A DNA stretch of 51,874 nt from Fidelibacterota bacterium (GTDB lineage: Bacteria; Fidelibacterota; Marinisomatia; Marinisomatales; UBA2128). Below, piece by piece: positions 18,300 through 28,366 of the stretch. Every line of letters starts with the position of its first letter. The first letter of the stretch is position 1. Made by a program: the position numbers and the translations under genes. Below the pieces are notes generated by a model that worked only from the letters and a program-made list of their open reading frames with translations, was not told the DNA's origin and made no database searches. The stretch lies in the NCBI GenBank assembly GCA_046861645.1, contig JBHHUM010000010.1:1-51874 (forward strand), in the 5' to 3' direction.

Positions 18300-19019
18300 T
18301 TAGTTGTTGGCTTCAATCACCAAATCAAGGACAGCCTCTTCTCCAGGAACAATCTCTACAGTTCTAACCGCTTTCCCCAATCCTTCATGCCAAAAGTGAA
18401 TCTTCTGTGTACCATTATTTATACCCTCAAGCCGAAATTGTCCATTCGAATCGGTGATAGTATAAGCAGCGTTTTTCAACAGGAGAACGTATCCGTTCAT
18501 CCACTTATGAACATCACATCGAAAGCTTACGACATTATCCTCTGTTTCCAGTTTGTGCTGTAATTTCTTTTTGAAACCAGGTTGAGCAAGGTTAAAAAGA
18601 GTCTCTTTTTCGCTGTCGTAAACGTGAACGTTATGGAGAATACCATCATTGTTCACAAATTCAAGAATTGCACCAGGTGACCCAACTTGAACATGAGGAA
18701 CATATCTACAATTAATCTGAGAGACGGTTATCACAGTATTATCTTGCGATATTGATTGTTCCTCAGACGGCCTTTCCCAAAATACTATAACATTGGTTAA
18801 ACCATGAGTAACAGGATCCACTACGAATTCTTCATCCAGAATTCTGTGACCACAGACCCCCTGATCAGTCGTGATGGTAATATTGGTTTGGGGAGGGAAA
18901 GTACCAGCAAACCCCACGAATCCTATAACGGCACCTTCTTCCTGGGCAAACCCTATATTCATAATGAACAAGGGAATTCCTAAAAGCCACTTATTAGAGC
19001 GTAGAAGGGTACTATTCAT
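18300..19019 (-). CDS. Secreted cupredoxin-like / carboxypeptidase-regulatory-like domain protein
   Basis: Signal peptide, HNVH and CDVHKWM (type-1 copper-like ligands), TDSNGQFRLEG. Confidence 0.75.
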   Translation of the reverse strand: MNSTLLRSNKWLLGIPLFIMNIGFAQEEGAVIGFVGFAGTFPPQTNITITTDQGVCGHRILDEEFVVDPVTHGLTNVIVFWERPSEEQSISQDNTVITVSQINCRYVPHVQVGSPGAILEFVNNDGILHNVHVYDSEKETLFNLAQPGFKKKLQHKLETEDNVVSFRCDVHKWMNGYVLLLKNAAYTITDSNGQFRLEGINNGTQKIHFWHEGLGKAVRTVEIVPGEEAVLDLVIEANN

Positions 19020-19021
19020 TT

Positions 19022-20083
19022 TTATTTAAACCTCCACTTTTTCTTCTTGGGGGCAAGAGTTCTTAGAAATACCAATAGATCACTCATTTCGCTATCGGTC
19101 ATATTATTATCCCAACGTGGACAGGAAAACATAGGTGGTTCATTATTGTTAAGAGATGGTGGGGTAGATCCTTCCTTTATCGTTTTAATAATCTCAGCAT
19201 CCGATAACCTGTTCGTTACTCCCCATAACTTTGGTATTCTTTCATCAGGGGCTGCATTGGGATTCTTATCCGGTTTACGGCCTTCCTTTCCATGACACCC
19301 CCAACAGCCAAAGCGCTGGTAAACTAACTTACCTGACTGGACTTGTGACCCACCTAAAAAGAACATGGCGCGACCTTCCCAAAGCTGTCCTTTACGATTA
19401 TGTTGACCCTGTAATGTATGAAGATAGGCTGAAAGTGCTACTGCTTCGTCTTCTGATAAAGCGAAGTTTGGCATAAAAGTATCTGGTTTCCAGGCCTGGG
19501 GGTTTTTTAGCCAGGCAACCTCCCATGCTTGTGGCTTACGTTTTCCTATCCAGGTAAGGTCAACTCCAATAAACCGTCCTTCGTCACCTATCCGGTGGCA
19601 CGCCTTACAACCATATTCTTCTAACAACTGCCGGCCTTTTTCTGTAATTCCCATCTCTGCTGCTAAAATAGTTTCTGATGGGATTTTCTTCTTTAGCTTA
19701 TCTAAATAACCCACCAATACGTCGATCTCCACCTTAGTGAATTGAAAGTTAGGCATTTTTGTCCCTGGTTTTACCGCATTCGGATCTTGTAACCACTTCC
19801 GCAGCCATTCCTCAGATCGGCGATTTGACACTTGGTCGAGGATTGGACCTACGGTTCCACCCCGGTTACCAATAGTATGGCAGGATAGACAAGACCTTTC
19901 ATTCACGATTTTGCTCTGCTGAAACGCTACTACTGCAGATGTAAAAGAGGTTTGATTAGATTCAGGTTTCTCATCTGAGGAAATCATCTCCATTTCCATT
20001 GAAGAAACCTTGCCACCACATCCTCCCAGGAGCAGAAGAAGCAAAAGTTCTCCCGCTCCTTTTTTAAAAAAGGTAATTATCAT
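19022..20083 (-). CDS. Triheme c-type cytochrome lipoprotein
   Basis: LLGGC lipobox; CLSCH, CKACH, CWGCH; two PxTxMPNF Met-ligand motifs. Confidence 0.85.
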   Translation of the reverse strand: MIITFFKKGAGELLLLLLLGGCGGKVSSMEMEMISSDEKPESNQTSFTSAVVAFQQSKIVNERSCLSCHTIGNRGGTVGPILDQVSNRRSEEWLRKWLQDPNAVKPGTKMPNFQFTKVEIDVLVGYLDKLKKKIPSETILAAEMGITEKGRQLLEEYGCKACHRIGDEGRFIGVDLTWIGKRKPQAWEVAWLKNPQAWKPDTFMPNFALSEDEAVALSAYLHTLQGQHNRKGQLWEGRAMFFLGGSQVQSGKLVYQRFGCWGCHGKEGRKPDKNPNAAPDERIPKLWGVTNRLSDAEIIKTIKEGSTPPSLNNNEPPMFSCPRWDNNMTDSEMSDLLVFLRTLAPKKKKWRFK

Positions 20084-20163
20084 GAAGGGGCCTTTTTGAT
20101 TTACCCTGTTAGAACCTGTTGTTAGTGCAGGAATTAACTAGATTCCATTAGAATGGGTTCAGA

Positions 20164-20760
20164 TTACATGCCTCCCATTTTACCAGGTTCAACGGCAACA
20201 CCTTTACTTAAAGATGTGACATAAAGTGCCAGAGCATGCGACTCCTTGCCATTCAAAGGTAGACGTTCTCCACCAACAAACATGGCCACACAATTGTTAT
20301 TCATTTGTGCCAGGCTGATAACGGAGGCGTTAGGAACCTTAAACTTCGGGAAGGTAGCTGCTGACCCATGCAGATCTGGAATGGGGATCTTCCAACCCTG
20401 AAAACCCATCATGGGTGGAATCTCAGCTTCACCACCGGTTGATCCACCACCTGGATGGCAGTCTACACAAGCTACCCCCCGTTTTGCCCCACTCAAGGAA
20501 GGATCATTGAACAGTTTCTCACCATAAGCTATCGCATCGTTCTGGGCTTTCATTACCATCTGTTTCATCTGCTCCATGTTACCCATCATCTTCATGCCCA
20601 TATCGATATTCTTGAGGGCTTCTCCCATCTGTAGGGGAGGATCGGCTTCGGTTTTTACAGGTGCCGGAGCTGCCGTCGATTCCGGGGCGGTAGTACAACT
20701 GATGATTGTGGTCAGTACAGCACCAATTGCTAAAAATGATACATTTCTCAGTGAATTCAT
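20164..20760 (-). CDS. Monoheme SoxA/TsdA-like cytochrome c lipoprotein
   Basis: AAGGAG RBS; IISC lipobox; CVDCH; AATFPKF...SLAQMNNNC...ESHALALYV resembles the SoxA/TsdA Cys-ligand segment. Confidence 0.7.
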   Translation of the reverse strand: MNSLRNVSFLAIGAVLTTIISCTTAPESTAAPAPVKTEADPPLQMGEALKNIDMGMKMMGNMEQMKQMVMKAQNDAIAYGEKLFNDPSLSGAKRGVACVDCHPGGGSTGGEAEIPPMMGFQGWKIPIPDLHGSAATFPKFKVPNASVISLAQMNNNCVAMFVGGERLPLNGKESHALALYVTSLSKGVAVEPGKMGGM

Positions 20761-20835
20761 CTCACATCTCCTTTTCTTCGTCAATTGACATTAGGATTCT
20801 CATCAAAAACATATTCTGGGAGAGGTATGAAAAAC

Positions 20836-20851
20836 TGTCGTCTAAGCGACA
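20836..20851. promoter_or_regulatory. CooA-type Crp/Fnr box
   Basis: Perfect TGTCG-N6-CGACA; minus-strand TATGTT -10-like hexamer 22 nt downstream. Confidence 0.7.
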
Positions 20852-20894
20852 AATCAAAGTAGCTATACAAAAAGAAGATGAGCTGTAGAATTGT

Positions 20895-21998
20895 TCAGTT
20901 CTTCTTCAAAACAATTTCCCTCATTCGTTTCCGGCGCCGGGAGTCAATTGTATCCACAGCTCTTACAGCATATTCCTGTGCGGTATAAACCTGTTTCATC
21001 ACTGGTTCATCATCTCTTTTAGCAGCATCACCCACTACGAAAAGATTCTCTACTGATGTCTCACCCTTATAATCAATCCAGATATGGCGTTTCTCTTCAG
21101 TTTGATTTTGATCCATAAGTCTGGCACTTACCTGTCGGGCTAAATCATTATAAACCCTGTTCAACCCTAAGGATACCAGAGCAAATTTGACTTCAACCGA
21201 ATCGCCATTCTCAAAGACAAAGCCTCGCAGTTGTTTTACACCATCGCCCAGAAAATTTGCAATTAACGTAGGAATAACAACAATACTATATTTTTCTAAT
21301 ATCTTTTTTCGATTTTCTGAAATTACTGGTTTTTCTCCATTCGTCAGAACATAGACTTTAATCCCATAACGTTCGTGCAACATCATAGCTAATTCCGCTG
21401 CTACGTCTGTGTGCCCCAAAACAGCTACTGTATCGTCCTTAGTGAGATGTCCTTCACAACGGATGCAATAAAGCACCTGCTCCCGATTAGCAAAAGGATA
21501 TATCCACTTTGGTGATTCCTCCACCCTTCCGCTTTTCCCTTTTTTACGGAGGTATGGTTGTTGATCCATTACCCCTGTCGCCAGGACTACGGCTACTCCG
21601 GAGAACGATTGACTGGACGTACTCACTTCGAACCCTGAGCTCGCTCGTATCAGTGATAAGACTTCTTCCTCGATTATCTCCAGATCAGGATATCCTTCCT
21701 TAATCCTTTCTAGTGTGTTTCGAATAATAGCTCTATTGTTGATATGATAATGTTCACTTTCTACCAGGGCAGCAGCGTCGGGGAATCCTCCATTTCTAAG
21801 TGTCTTCTGTACTTGATCCTTGATGATATCTTCATGAAACCCTATGATGTTATCAAGGTTTACCACCCATTGTGATCGGCTTCGTTTACGTGTGAACTTG
21901 CTGCCCAAAATCCACACAGCTTTCATACCATTCTGAGCTGCCCTCAGGGCTGCTGCTGAGCCACCAATGCCACCCCCAATGATGATTACATCTTTCAT
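20895..21998 (-). CDS. Thioredoxin reductase-like FAD/NAD(P) oxidoreductase
   Basis: DVIIIGGGIGG, VLATG, YCIRCEG redox motif, TSVENLFVVGD. Confidence 0.85.
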   Translation of the reverse strand: MKDVIIIGGGIGGSAAALRAAQNGMKAVWILGSKFTRKRSRSQWVVNLDNIIGFHEDIIKDQVQKTLRNGGFPDAAALVESEHYHINNRAIIRNTLERIKEGYPDLEIIEEEVLSLIRASSGFEVSTSSQSFSGVAVVLATGVMDQQPYLRKKGKSGRVEESPKWIYPFANREQVLYCIRCEGHLTKDDTVAVLGHTDVAAELAMMLHERYGIKVYVLTNGEKPVISENRKKILEKYSIVVIPTLIANFLGDGVKQLRGFVFENGDSVEVKFALVSLGLNRVYNDLARQVSARLMDQNQTEEKRHIWIDYKGETSVENLFVVGDAAKRDDEPVMKQVYTAQEYAVRAVDTIDSRRRKRMREIVLKKN

Positions 21999-22072
21999 AA
22001 TTTCGTCTTTACACTATCCGAAAATACAACTTGGCTCACTATTCCCATTAACAGTATGGTATTGTTATCATT

Positions 22073-22600
22073 TTAACTCTCCTCTAAAAATGACTCAATT
22101 TTAGAAATATTAATGTGATCTCCTAAATGTCCACCATAAAACGCAGTACTGATTACACCTCTACGATCGATGAGAAAATCAGCCGGAAGAATAGCCTTGT
22201 CCCCTTCCATTCTCCCTGGCAGAAATCCCTTGAGTATCGGTCTCAAAAGCAAAGGTGCTGATAGTAAAAATCTTAACCAAGAGGATTCTGCACAATAAAG
22301 ACGGTGGAGCTTTAGTTCCGGGTCAGGTATGATCGGAAATGGTGGTTTACTTTCACCTAAGTATTTACTGATTGATTCAGATGGAGATTCAAAGACTCCT
22401 ATCATGACTAGTCCTCGATTCTGCCACTCCTTATAGTGTTGACTCAACTCAAAGAGACGCAGATTACAGAAAGGACAAGAGGCATACCTGAACATTGACA
22501 ACAGGACTTTCTTCCCTTTAAGATCTCCCAAGTTAACAATACCACCAGAGATGTCTTGCATAGTAAACAGGGGTGCCCTCTGTCCAGGCTGCAAACGCAT
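22073..22600 (-). CDS. Peroxiredoxin-like (AhpC/TSA, PrxL2-like) redoxin
   Basis: FRYASCPFC, IIPDPE, PADFLID. Confidence 0.85.
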   Translation of the reverse strand: MRLQPGQRAPLFTMQDISGGIVNLGDLKGKKVLLSMFRYASCPFCNLRLFELSQHYKEWQNRGLVMIGVFESPSESISKYLGESKPPFPIIPDPELKLHRLYCAESSWLRFLLSAPLLLRPILKGFLPGRMEGDKAILPADFLIDRRGVISTAFYGGHLGDHINISKIESFLEES

Positions 22601-22603
22601 TGC

Positions 22604-23359
22604 TTACTGTCCATTTGTGGAGTTGAGACTCCAATCGTAAGTAAAATACCTGACCTGATAACTGTTGACAATCTTCTCGATTTCTGTTTCGGAATACCCT
22701 TCAAGATACTGAAAAATATAATGTAATACATCCTCACTCACCGCTTCGAAATCTTCGCTATACCATTTAAAAATTCGTGACAACCAGACAATTTTCTCAT
22801 CGCGATCAATGACGACATTTTCTGGATTATTTATAAACTGTCTCGCTTTTTCATCCAGCTGTTGATCAAGATCCTCACCCGAAAATATCCTCTGCCCCAA
22901 AGGTGGACAACTATTGGAACCGCAATTGATTGCAAAGTGCATTCTGGGATCGGCAAATACATCTCGCAAAATTTTACGTTCAATCTGGTTCAATGTCATC
23001 CTTCGACCACCGATAAGAAAGGTCTTCCGCCAGAATAATCCCATACCCCACCCCAAATCCTTCACACTCTCGATTTCAGGATTCTCTACAATAGAAATCA
23101 TGACCAAAGCATTGTAAGCGTTAATCCAGTAAGCTTTAGCATCATTATTAGTGGGAAACCTCTCTGGATGATTTACAGGGCTTACCTTTTTTAGAAACTC
23201 TACGAAATTCTTTAGATTTACCGGATTTTCCCTGAGGGCATCGTAGTTCACTTCCCCATTTTCGTTAACAAATCTCGAAAATACTTCATCAAGTAATTCT
23301 ACTTGGGGTATGGCATCCTCAGTTGTACTAATTAATGATATTAATCCAAATAACCACAT
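22604..23359 (-). CDS. DUF547 family protein
   Basis: AYWINAYNA, DPRMHFAINCGSNSCPPL, LSRIFKWY, YDWSLN. Confidence 0.92.
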   Translation of the reverse strand: MWLFGLISLISTTEDAIPQVELLDEVFSRFVNENGEVNYDALRENPVNLKNFVEFLKKVSPVNHPERFPTNNDAKAYWINAYNALVMISIVENPEIESVKDLGWGMGLFWRKTFLIGGRRMTLNQIERKILRDVFADPRMHFAINCGSNSCPPLGQRIFSGEDLDQQLDEKARQFINNPENVVIDRDEKIVWLSRIFKWYSEDFEAVSEDVLHYIFQYLEGYSETEIEKIVNSYQVRYFTYDWSLNSTNGQ

Positions 23360-23429
23360 TTTCGATCTCCATTCTCACACCATTTGCTCAATTAGTTTCA
23401 ATCACATCACCTCTTGAGTAAGACATCTC

Positions 23430-25397
23430 CTAGATTAGTCTGGGATCGGAAATAAATTCAACAATGAAAGGATCATTGGAATTTAATGCTGATTCCAATG
23501 CCCCTTCTATTTCCTTCTCATGCGTTACTCTGACTCCACTTCCCCCACAGATTTTGGCATATTCAGAAAAATCAGGATTATGTAAACTGGTATGCCAAGT
23601 TTCCATATCCCCGGCCTGGAATTCTTTCGTAATTTTGCCTAACTCATTATTGTTCAGCAAAATTAAAGTAATAGGCATATTGTATTTCACTGCTGTGGTA
23701 AATTCAGCCATATACTGGCCAAATCCACCATCTCCTGCCAAAGCCACAACCTTCCTTCCTGTACCTGCTGCCCAGGCTCCAATTGCTGCTGGAAAACCAA
23801 AGCCAATTGAGCCCAGGTACCCCGACATGATTATCCTTTGTTCTTTACATTCAAAGTAACGACCAAAGGAGTAAGTATTATTCCCCACATCTACACAGAT
23901 GATCGCATCATCAGGTATATGGCGGCTCAAAGCATCAAATATCACAGCCGAATTAAGACCCATCTCAGATTGATCTTCCCTTCGTCTGGCTTTCTCCTGG
24001 CGCCATTTCCTCCATCGCGAGGATATTTCTTTTTCTACGTGGATCCTGTTCTGTACCTCTAACTGGTCAGATCCAAGAATGGTCTCAACTGTAATACCAA
24101 CATCACCCCAGAGAGGCACATCTACGGAACGAAATTTACCTAGCATCAAGCGATCATGATCAACCTGGATAGTGGGAATATATTCGGCTATACCCGTATG
24201 AACCGAAAATGAAGCACCTAATACAATGAGTAAATCAGCAGTTCCCATCATGACACTAGCTACCTGAATACCACTTCTTCCCAACACTCCACAAGCGAGG
24301 GGGTGGTTATCAGGTATTAACCCCTTAGCTTTAAAAGTAGTCACGATCGGTGCTTGTATTCTTTCAGCTAGTGCAAGGACTTCTTCCTTGAAATTAATGG
24401 CACCCTTACCGACAATAATACAAGGGCGTTTTGATTTATTTATAAGACTAATAGCATTATTCAACTCTTGCTCAGGAGGAGTAATTTCGAGTGCGGCGAT
24501 ACGCCCTTCTCGCTCCACCATTGGACGGGGATGAAGAGCCGGCAATACTTGTACTTCATCTGGTAAAATCAGGGCAGTAGGTCCATTTTCTACTTCAGCA
24601 TGTTTTATTGCCAAAGCCATAAGTTCTGAAGCATTTTCAGCGCGAAGAACCGTCTGTTGCCATCGTGTGACAGCTTCAAAAGCTGAGAATAAATCTACTT
24701 CCTGAAAAGTACCGGGACCCATCACCTGTGTATTCACCTGTCCGGCTAAGGCCAGCAGGGGTACATTATCCACATGAGCATCCCACATACCCGTAATCAT
24801 ATTCGTGGCACCAGGTCCAGCTATTGAAAAGCAAGCCGCCGGGCGACCGGTAAGTTTGGCATAGGCTGAGGCTGCAAATGCTGCTGCTCCTTCATGTCGA
24901 ATTCCAAAGTATGTTAATTTTCCTTCTTTTTCCATCTGATGGAGCGCATCTGCAAAGCCAAGATTTGAGTGTCCTACCATTCCAAAAACAGTATCAACTC
25001 CCCAGTTGACCATTGTCTCAACCATCCGATTAGAAACTGTTATTCTAGGAGTCTGTTCTTCAATGCCAATATAGACTCCATCATCCCTTTCTTCGACAGG
25101 ATAGACTTTCACCTTATCATCAAAACCTTCTGGTGCTACTCCTGTTTGGGGATGAAACTGATAGGCATGCCAGGGACAGATAACCCATCCGTTTTCAATT
25201 AGCCCCTCGCCCAGGGGTCCCCCCTGGTGTGGACATTTGTTATCCAGAGCTGAAATCTTCCCCTGGTGATGAACTAAACAAACTTGACGGGTTCCTGCCA
25301 CCACTGTTTTTACCCTGTTATCGGAGAGAATATCTGATTCCTTTATCTTCCACCAGTTGCACCTATTTTTTTCCTCTGATTTATTTGTAGTTTTCAC
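23430..25397 (-). CDS. Rieske [2Fe-2S] domain fused to a TPP-dependent pyruvate oxidase-like enzyme
   Basis: CPHQGG...CPWH Rieske motifs; RHEGAAAF, GPGATN, GDGG...NN TPP motif. Confidence 0.88.
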   Translation of the reverse strand: MKTTNKSEEKNRCNWWKIKESDILSDNRVKTVVAGTRQVCLVHHQGKISALDNKCPHQGGPLGEGLIENGWVICPWHAYQFHPQTGVAPEGFDDKVKVYPVEERDDGVYIGIEEQTPRITVSNRMVETMVNWGVDTVFGMVGHSNLGFADALHQMEKEGKLTYFGIRHEGAAAFAASAYAKLTGRPAACFSIAGPGATNMITGMWDAHVDNVPLLALAGQVNTQVMGPGTFQEVDLFSAFEAVTRWQQTVLRAENASELMALAIKHAEVENGPTALILPDEVQVLPALHPRPMVEREGRIAALEITPPEQELNNAISLINKSKRPCIIVGKGAINFKEEVLALAERIQAPIVTTFKAKGLIPDNHPLACGVLGRSGIQVASVMMGTADLLIVLGASFSVHTGIAEYIPTIQVDHDRLMLGKFRSVDVPLWGDVGITVETILGSDQLEVQNRIHVEKEISSRWRKWRQEKARRREDQSEMGLNSAVIFDALSRHIPDDAIICVDVGNNTYSFGRYFECKEQRIIMSGYLGSIGFGFPAAIGAWAAGTGRKVVALAGDGGFGQYMAEFTTAVKYNMPITLILLNNNELGKITKEFQAGDMETWHTSLHNPDFSEYAKICGGSGVRVTHEKEIEGALESALNSNDPFIVEFISDPRLI

Positions 25398-26472
25398 TGT
25401 TTACTCTTATTGGTTTGTTAAAAATACTCTGAAATTTCAGTCCTTGGGTGGGACAAATGCTGATACACCCACCACAACCAATACACGGTTCTTCCAGTCC
25501 AAATGAGCCCATGATTGGCTTTCTATCAACATGAGCATAGGACGCTACATCAATACCCATAGGACATGCTCTTGAACAGAGATTGTAACCCGTGCAGTTC
25601 TCATTGGCTTTCACTCTAAATCGTGATCTGGTGAATCTACCAACTAGTTGCATCCCCTTTGCTAAGGGACATCCGTAACGGCACCACACCCGAGTTCCCA
25701 GAAATGGATAAGCTCCTACCCCAACAATAGATCCAAAAATAAGATCTATTACTAAATCTTGTGTATTTTTCATTTCATCAACCACACTATCAGCAGTAAT
25801 TATCTGAGTACTATCGAGTAATAGAAGAAAACCGAATAACAGCACAAAACTGAGAACTATTGTTTCCAAATGCTCAAAGTTTTTTGCCCTCTCTCCTCTG
25901 GGTGTCCCTTGTCGTACCCATTTTTGACCCCACTTCGTGCTCCCCACGGTTTCTGCCAGATTCCCACAAGAGCAAAACCAAGTACAGTAGCGTTTACCTA
26001 AAAACCAGACTGTTGCAGGAATCAATACAAAAAGATAGGCAGCCAAACCCCAATTTAGAAATCCCGGATAGATATAGATATGAGCCTTCTTACTGGCAAT
26101 AGCTGGGACATCACTCCAGAAGGAATTTCCTGCTAAAAGGGGCCCTATTACATAAGGAAATCCAAAAAAGACAACAGTCTGAACAATGACTATAGATACA
26201 AATTTCCAGAATTGATAACTGCTGAGATGACCTGGCTGTTTTTTATTTACACTGTACACATTCTTCTTTCCTAGCAGTACTTTCATTGCCAATACATCGA
26301 CAAGAATTGTGTAAAACAGAGCATACCAAAAAGAGAGATTCTTCCCCAAAAACATTAGTTCACTAACATCGTTGACAAACCATAATGGGTACTTATAAAT
26401 CAGATAAAAGAAAATAACAGAAGGAATAAAGAACACCAGAAACATTTTTTCAGCAACTGATCTTTTCATCAT
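25381..26472 (-). CDS. Membrane polyferredoxin (NapH/YccM-like 4Fe-4S binding protein)
   Basis: GKRYCTWFCSCG, RVWCRYGCP, CTGYNLCSRACP, CIGCGGCISICP; several TM helices. Confidence 0.82.
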   Translation of the reverse strand: MMKRSVAEKMFLVFFIPSVIFFYLIYKYPLWFVNDVSELMFLGKNLSFWYALFYTILVDVLAMKVLLGKKNVYSVNKKQPGHLSSYQFWKFVSIVIVQTVVFFGFPYVIGPLLAGNSFWSDVPAIASKKAHIYIYPGFLNWGLAAYLFVLIPATVWFLGKRYCTWFCSCGNLAETVGSTKWGQKWVRQGTPRGERAKNFEHLETIVLSFVLLFGFLLLLDSTQIITADSVVDEMKNTQDLVIDLIFGSIVGVGAYPFLGTRVWCRYGCPLAKGMQLVGRFTRSRFRVKANENCTGYNLCSRACPMGIDVASYAHVDRKPIMGSFGLEEPCIGCGGCISICPTQGLKFQSIFNKPIRVNSENYK

Positions 26473-26496
26473 TCACTGAAATATTGATTAAATGCT

Positions 26497-27066
26497 TTAA
26501 TTTGTTGTTTTCTCAAAGTCACTTTCCAAGGTTACTCCTAAGGCTAAAACATTACGATTTACAAAATTGAAGTAATTAGCAATTAATACAATCTGTAGAA
26601 TTTGTTCATCGCTGTAACCCAATTTCTTAAGTCCCTCAATGTCTTGATCGGTTACAGCATAGGGCTCCAAAGTTATCTTGTGAGCCAATTGTAAAACGAC
26701 CAGAGTCTTATCTTCGAGATGATCTTCTAAAAATGACCAATCTAGGACTCTGACGGCATTAACAAGATCCTGATCCTTCATTAAACGAAGCAGAGGTTGG
26801 CTATGGTGAGCAACACAATAGTCGCACTGGTTAGTAGCAGAAACGACAACAGCAATGGATTCCAGTAGAACTCTCCCCAATCCTGTCTTCCGTAATTTGA
26901 AAAGTAGAGTGTAGTAGAGATTGAAATGATCCTCCAATGTTTCAGGCAAAAGAGAATGAATCTTAAGTACTTCCGCTACACCTCCACGCTGATTACCTAT
27001 CCGTTGATAAAGAGCTTGCAAGGCACCTGTGGCTTCTTCCTCATCGATCACTTTAATTCGTACCAT
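26497..27066 (-). CDS. AhpD/CMD-like peroxidase-related enzyme
   Basis: ESIAVVVSATNQCDYCVAHH; YFNFVNR. Confidence 0.9.
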   Translation of the reverse strand: MVRIKVIDEEEATGALQALYQRIGNQRGGVAEVLKIHSLLPETLEDHFNLYYTLLFKLRKTGLGRVLLESIAVVVSATNQCDYCVAHHSQPLLRLMKDQDLVNAVRVLDWSFLEDHLEDKTLVVLQLAHKITLEPYAVTDQDIEGLKKLGYSDEQILQIVLIANYFNFVNRNVLALGVTLESDFEKTTN

Positions 27067-27572
27067 TAGTTGCTCTACTCCTTCTATGATATGTGTAAGG
27101 TCATATTAGTATATTAACCCGTAGCACCATTTTTTAGCAGATACTTGTCGACCTCAGGTCAATTCTCCAGCTCAGGAAAAGCAAGATACTTTGAACCTGA
27201 CAGAAATTGATCAACAAAATCTCCTAACATCTTTAAGTTCTTTAAATTACAATAATATCGAAATAAGATCATCAGAAGTAAAACCACCCTGAATAACACT
27301 TCAATAATAGGTAACTGAGTACTTACTTTATTATTCTTAGGGATAGATGTCCAATCCAATAAATGGGTGCTCCTGCCTAGCCTGCGTTCATGACTTTGAT
27401 GTTAAAGTTTAAGTATTCCTTTTATTCTCAAAGCGCCTGAAAGCATCAGTTTTTTCCCAAAAGCCGTGAAGGAGAATGCTCATTTCTCTTAAGATATCCT
27501 CACCAGTAATAAAAAATTCGTGCCATTTAAAATAAATCTTAATCTATCCATCACAGTCGACAATAATTTAAA

Positions 27573-27989
27573 CTAACCCTCTCCATAGACGAGTCCAGTA
27601 ACTCCACCAAAGACTAAATGTCCCATCAGACTGCCCATGATCATCAAGATATTACCACCAGTGAACACACCCATGCCCATCATAGGCATCACCATTAATT
27701 GAGCAACAAAAAAAGGAATAATTCCGAAGATTAATCCTTTTTTCCATCCAGAAGAGGGAAGGATATTACCAATGTAACCGGCGTAAATTCCAGTAAGGAC
27801 GATACCGATGATAAAGTGCATTATCCAACCCATGGTATAAGGTAACTCCATAAAAGGGTTCTTTTTGCCTAACATATTACCCATATCCATCTTAGGTATA
27901 CCCATCATAGGACCTAACAGCATGAGCATAGTCATCGCTAATGTCCCCACCAGTCCAGCTATTACCACTTTTTTTGCGTTGAATTTCAT
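27573..27989 (-). CDS. Met/Gly-rich four-TM membrane protein (DUF2938/DUF1440-like)
   Basis: AGGAGG RBS; AGLVGTLAMT, GWIMHF, MPMMGMG, GHLVFG. Confidence 0.7.
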   Translation of the reverse strand: MKFNAKKVVIAGLVGTLAMTMLMLLGPMMGIPKMDMGNMLGKKNPFMELPYTMGWIMHFIIGIVLTGIYAGYIGNILPSSGWKKGLIFGIIPFFVAQLMVMPMMGMGVFTGGNILMIMGSLMGHLVFGGVTGLVYGEG

Positions 27990-28027
27990 ATTCACCTCCT
28001 TGTACAGTTATAATGACAGGAATTCGC

Positions 28028-28309
28028 TCAATCTGCCAGTAATCGTTGCAACCTCAAGTCGAATCGTTCAAGATTAAGGGCACCATAGGACCATAAACTT
28101 CCATTTACCCAGAGGGAAGGTGTGATATAAACCTTTTTTCCGTTGGGAGTTTGGTGTCCATCGGCAAGATCCAGCACATTCAGTTCCAAAAACGGTCGCT
28201 GTTTACAGTATTGTTTCAGATCATACTCCACCTGTTTACAGGAAGGGCAATCGTCCTCTACGAAGAGATGAATTGCGATGATCTTATGCTGTGATTTACG
28301 ACTGTTCAT
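28028..28309 (-). CDS. Small thioredoxin/glutaredoxin-fold protein
   Basis: CPSC and TP (cis-Pro) motif; start may be 28309 or 28336. Confidence 0.7.
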   Translation of the reverse strand: MNSRKSQHKIIAIHLFVEDDCPSCKQVEYDLKQYCKQRPFLELNVLDLADGHQTPNGKKVYITPSLWVNGSLWSYGALNLERFDLRLQRLLAD

Positions 28310-28344
28310 CTTGTTAGAGGTTAAGGAAAAGTACATTGAGCAAC

Positions 28345-28360
28345 TGTCGTCTGACAGACA
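28345..28360. promoter_or_regulatory. CooA-type Crp/Fnr box
   Basis: TGTCG-N6-AGACA; shares AACTGTCGTCT....GACAA with the 20836 site; TAACCT -10-like hexamer 21 nt downstream on the minus strand. Confidence 0.62.
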
Positions 28361-28366
28361 ATTTGT

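Noticed and set aside
27114..27359. ORF 27159..27359 continues past TGA as PEVDKYLLKNGATG, reminiscent of an ankyrin repeat end or a Sec read-through
   Set aside because: No redox motif and no GGTC-loop hairpin at 17 nt; too short to support, at most a gene remnant
27511..27525. TGGCACG sigma54-like -24 element on the minus strand
   Set aside because: The -12 element (TTGC) is missing and no intact gene follows closely
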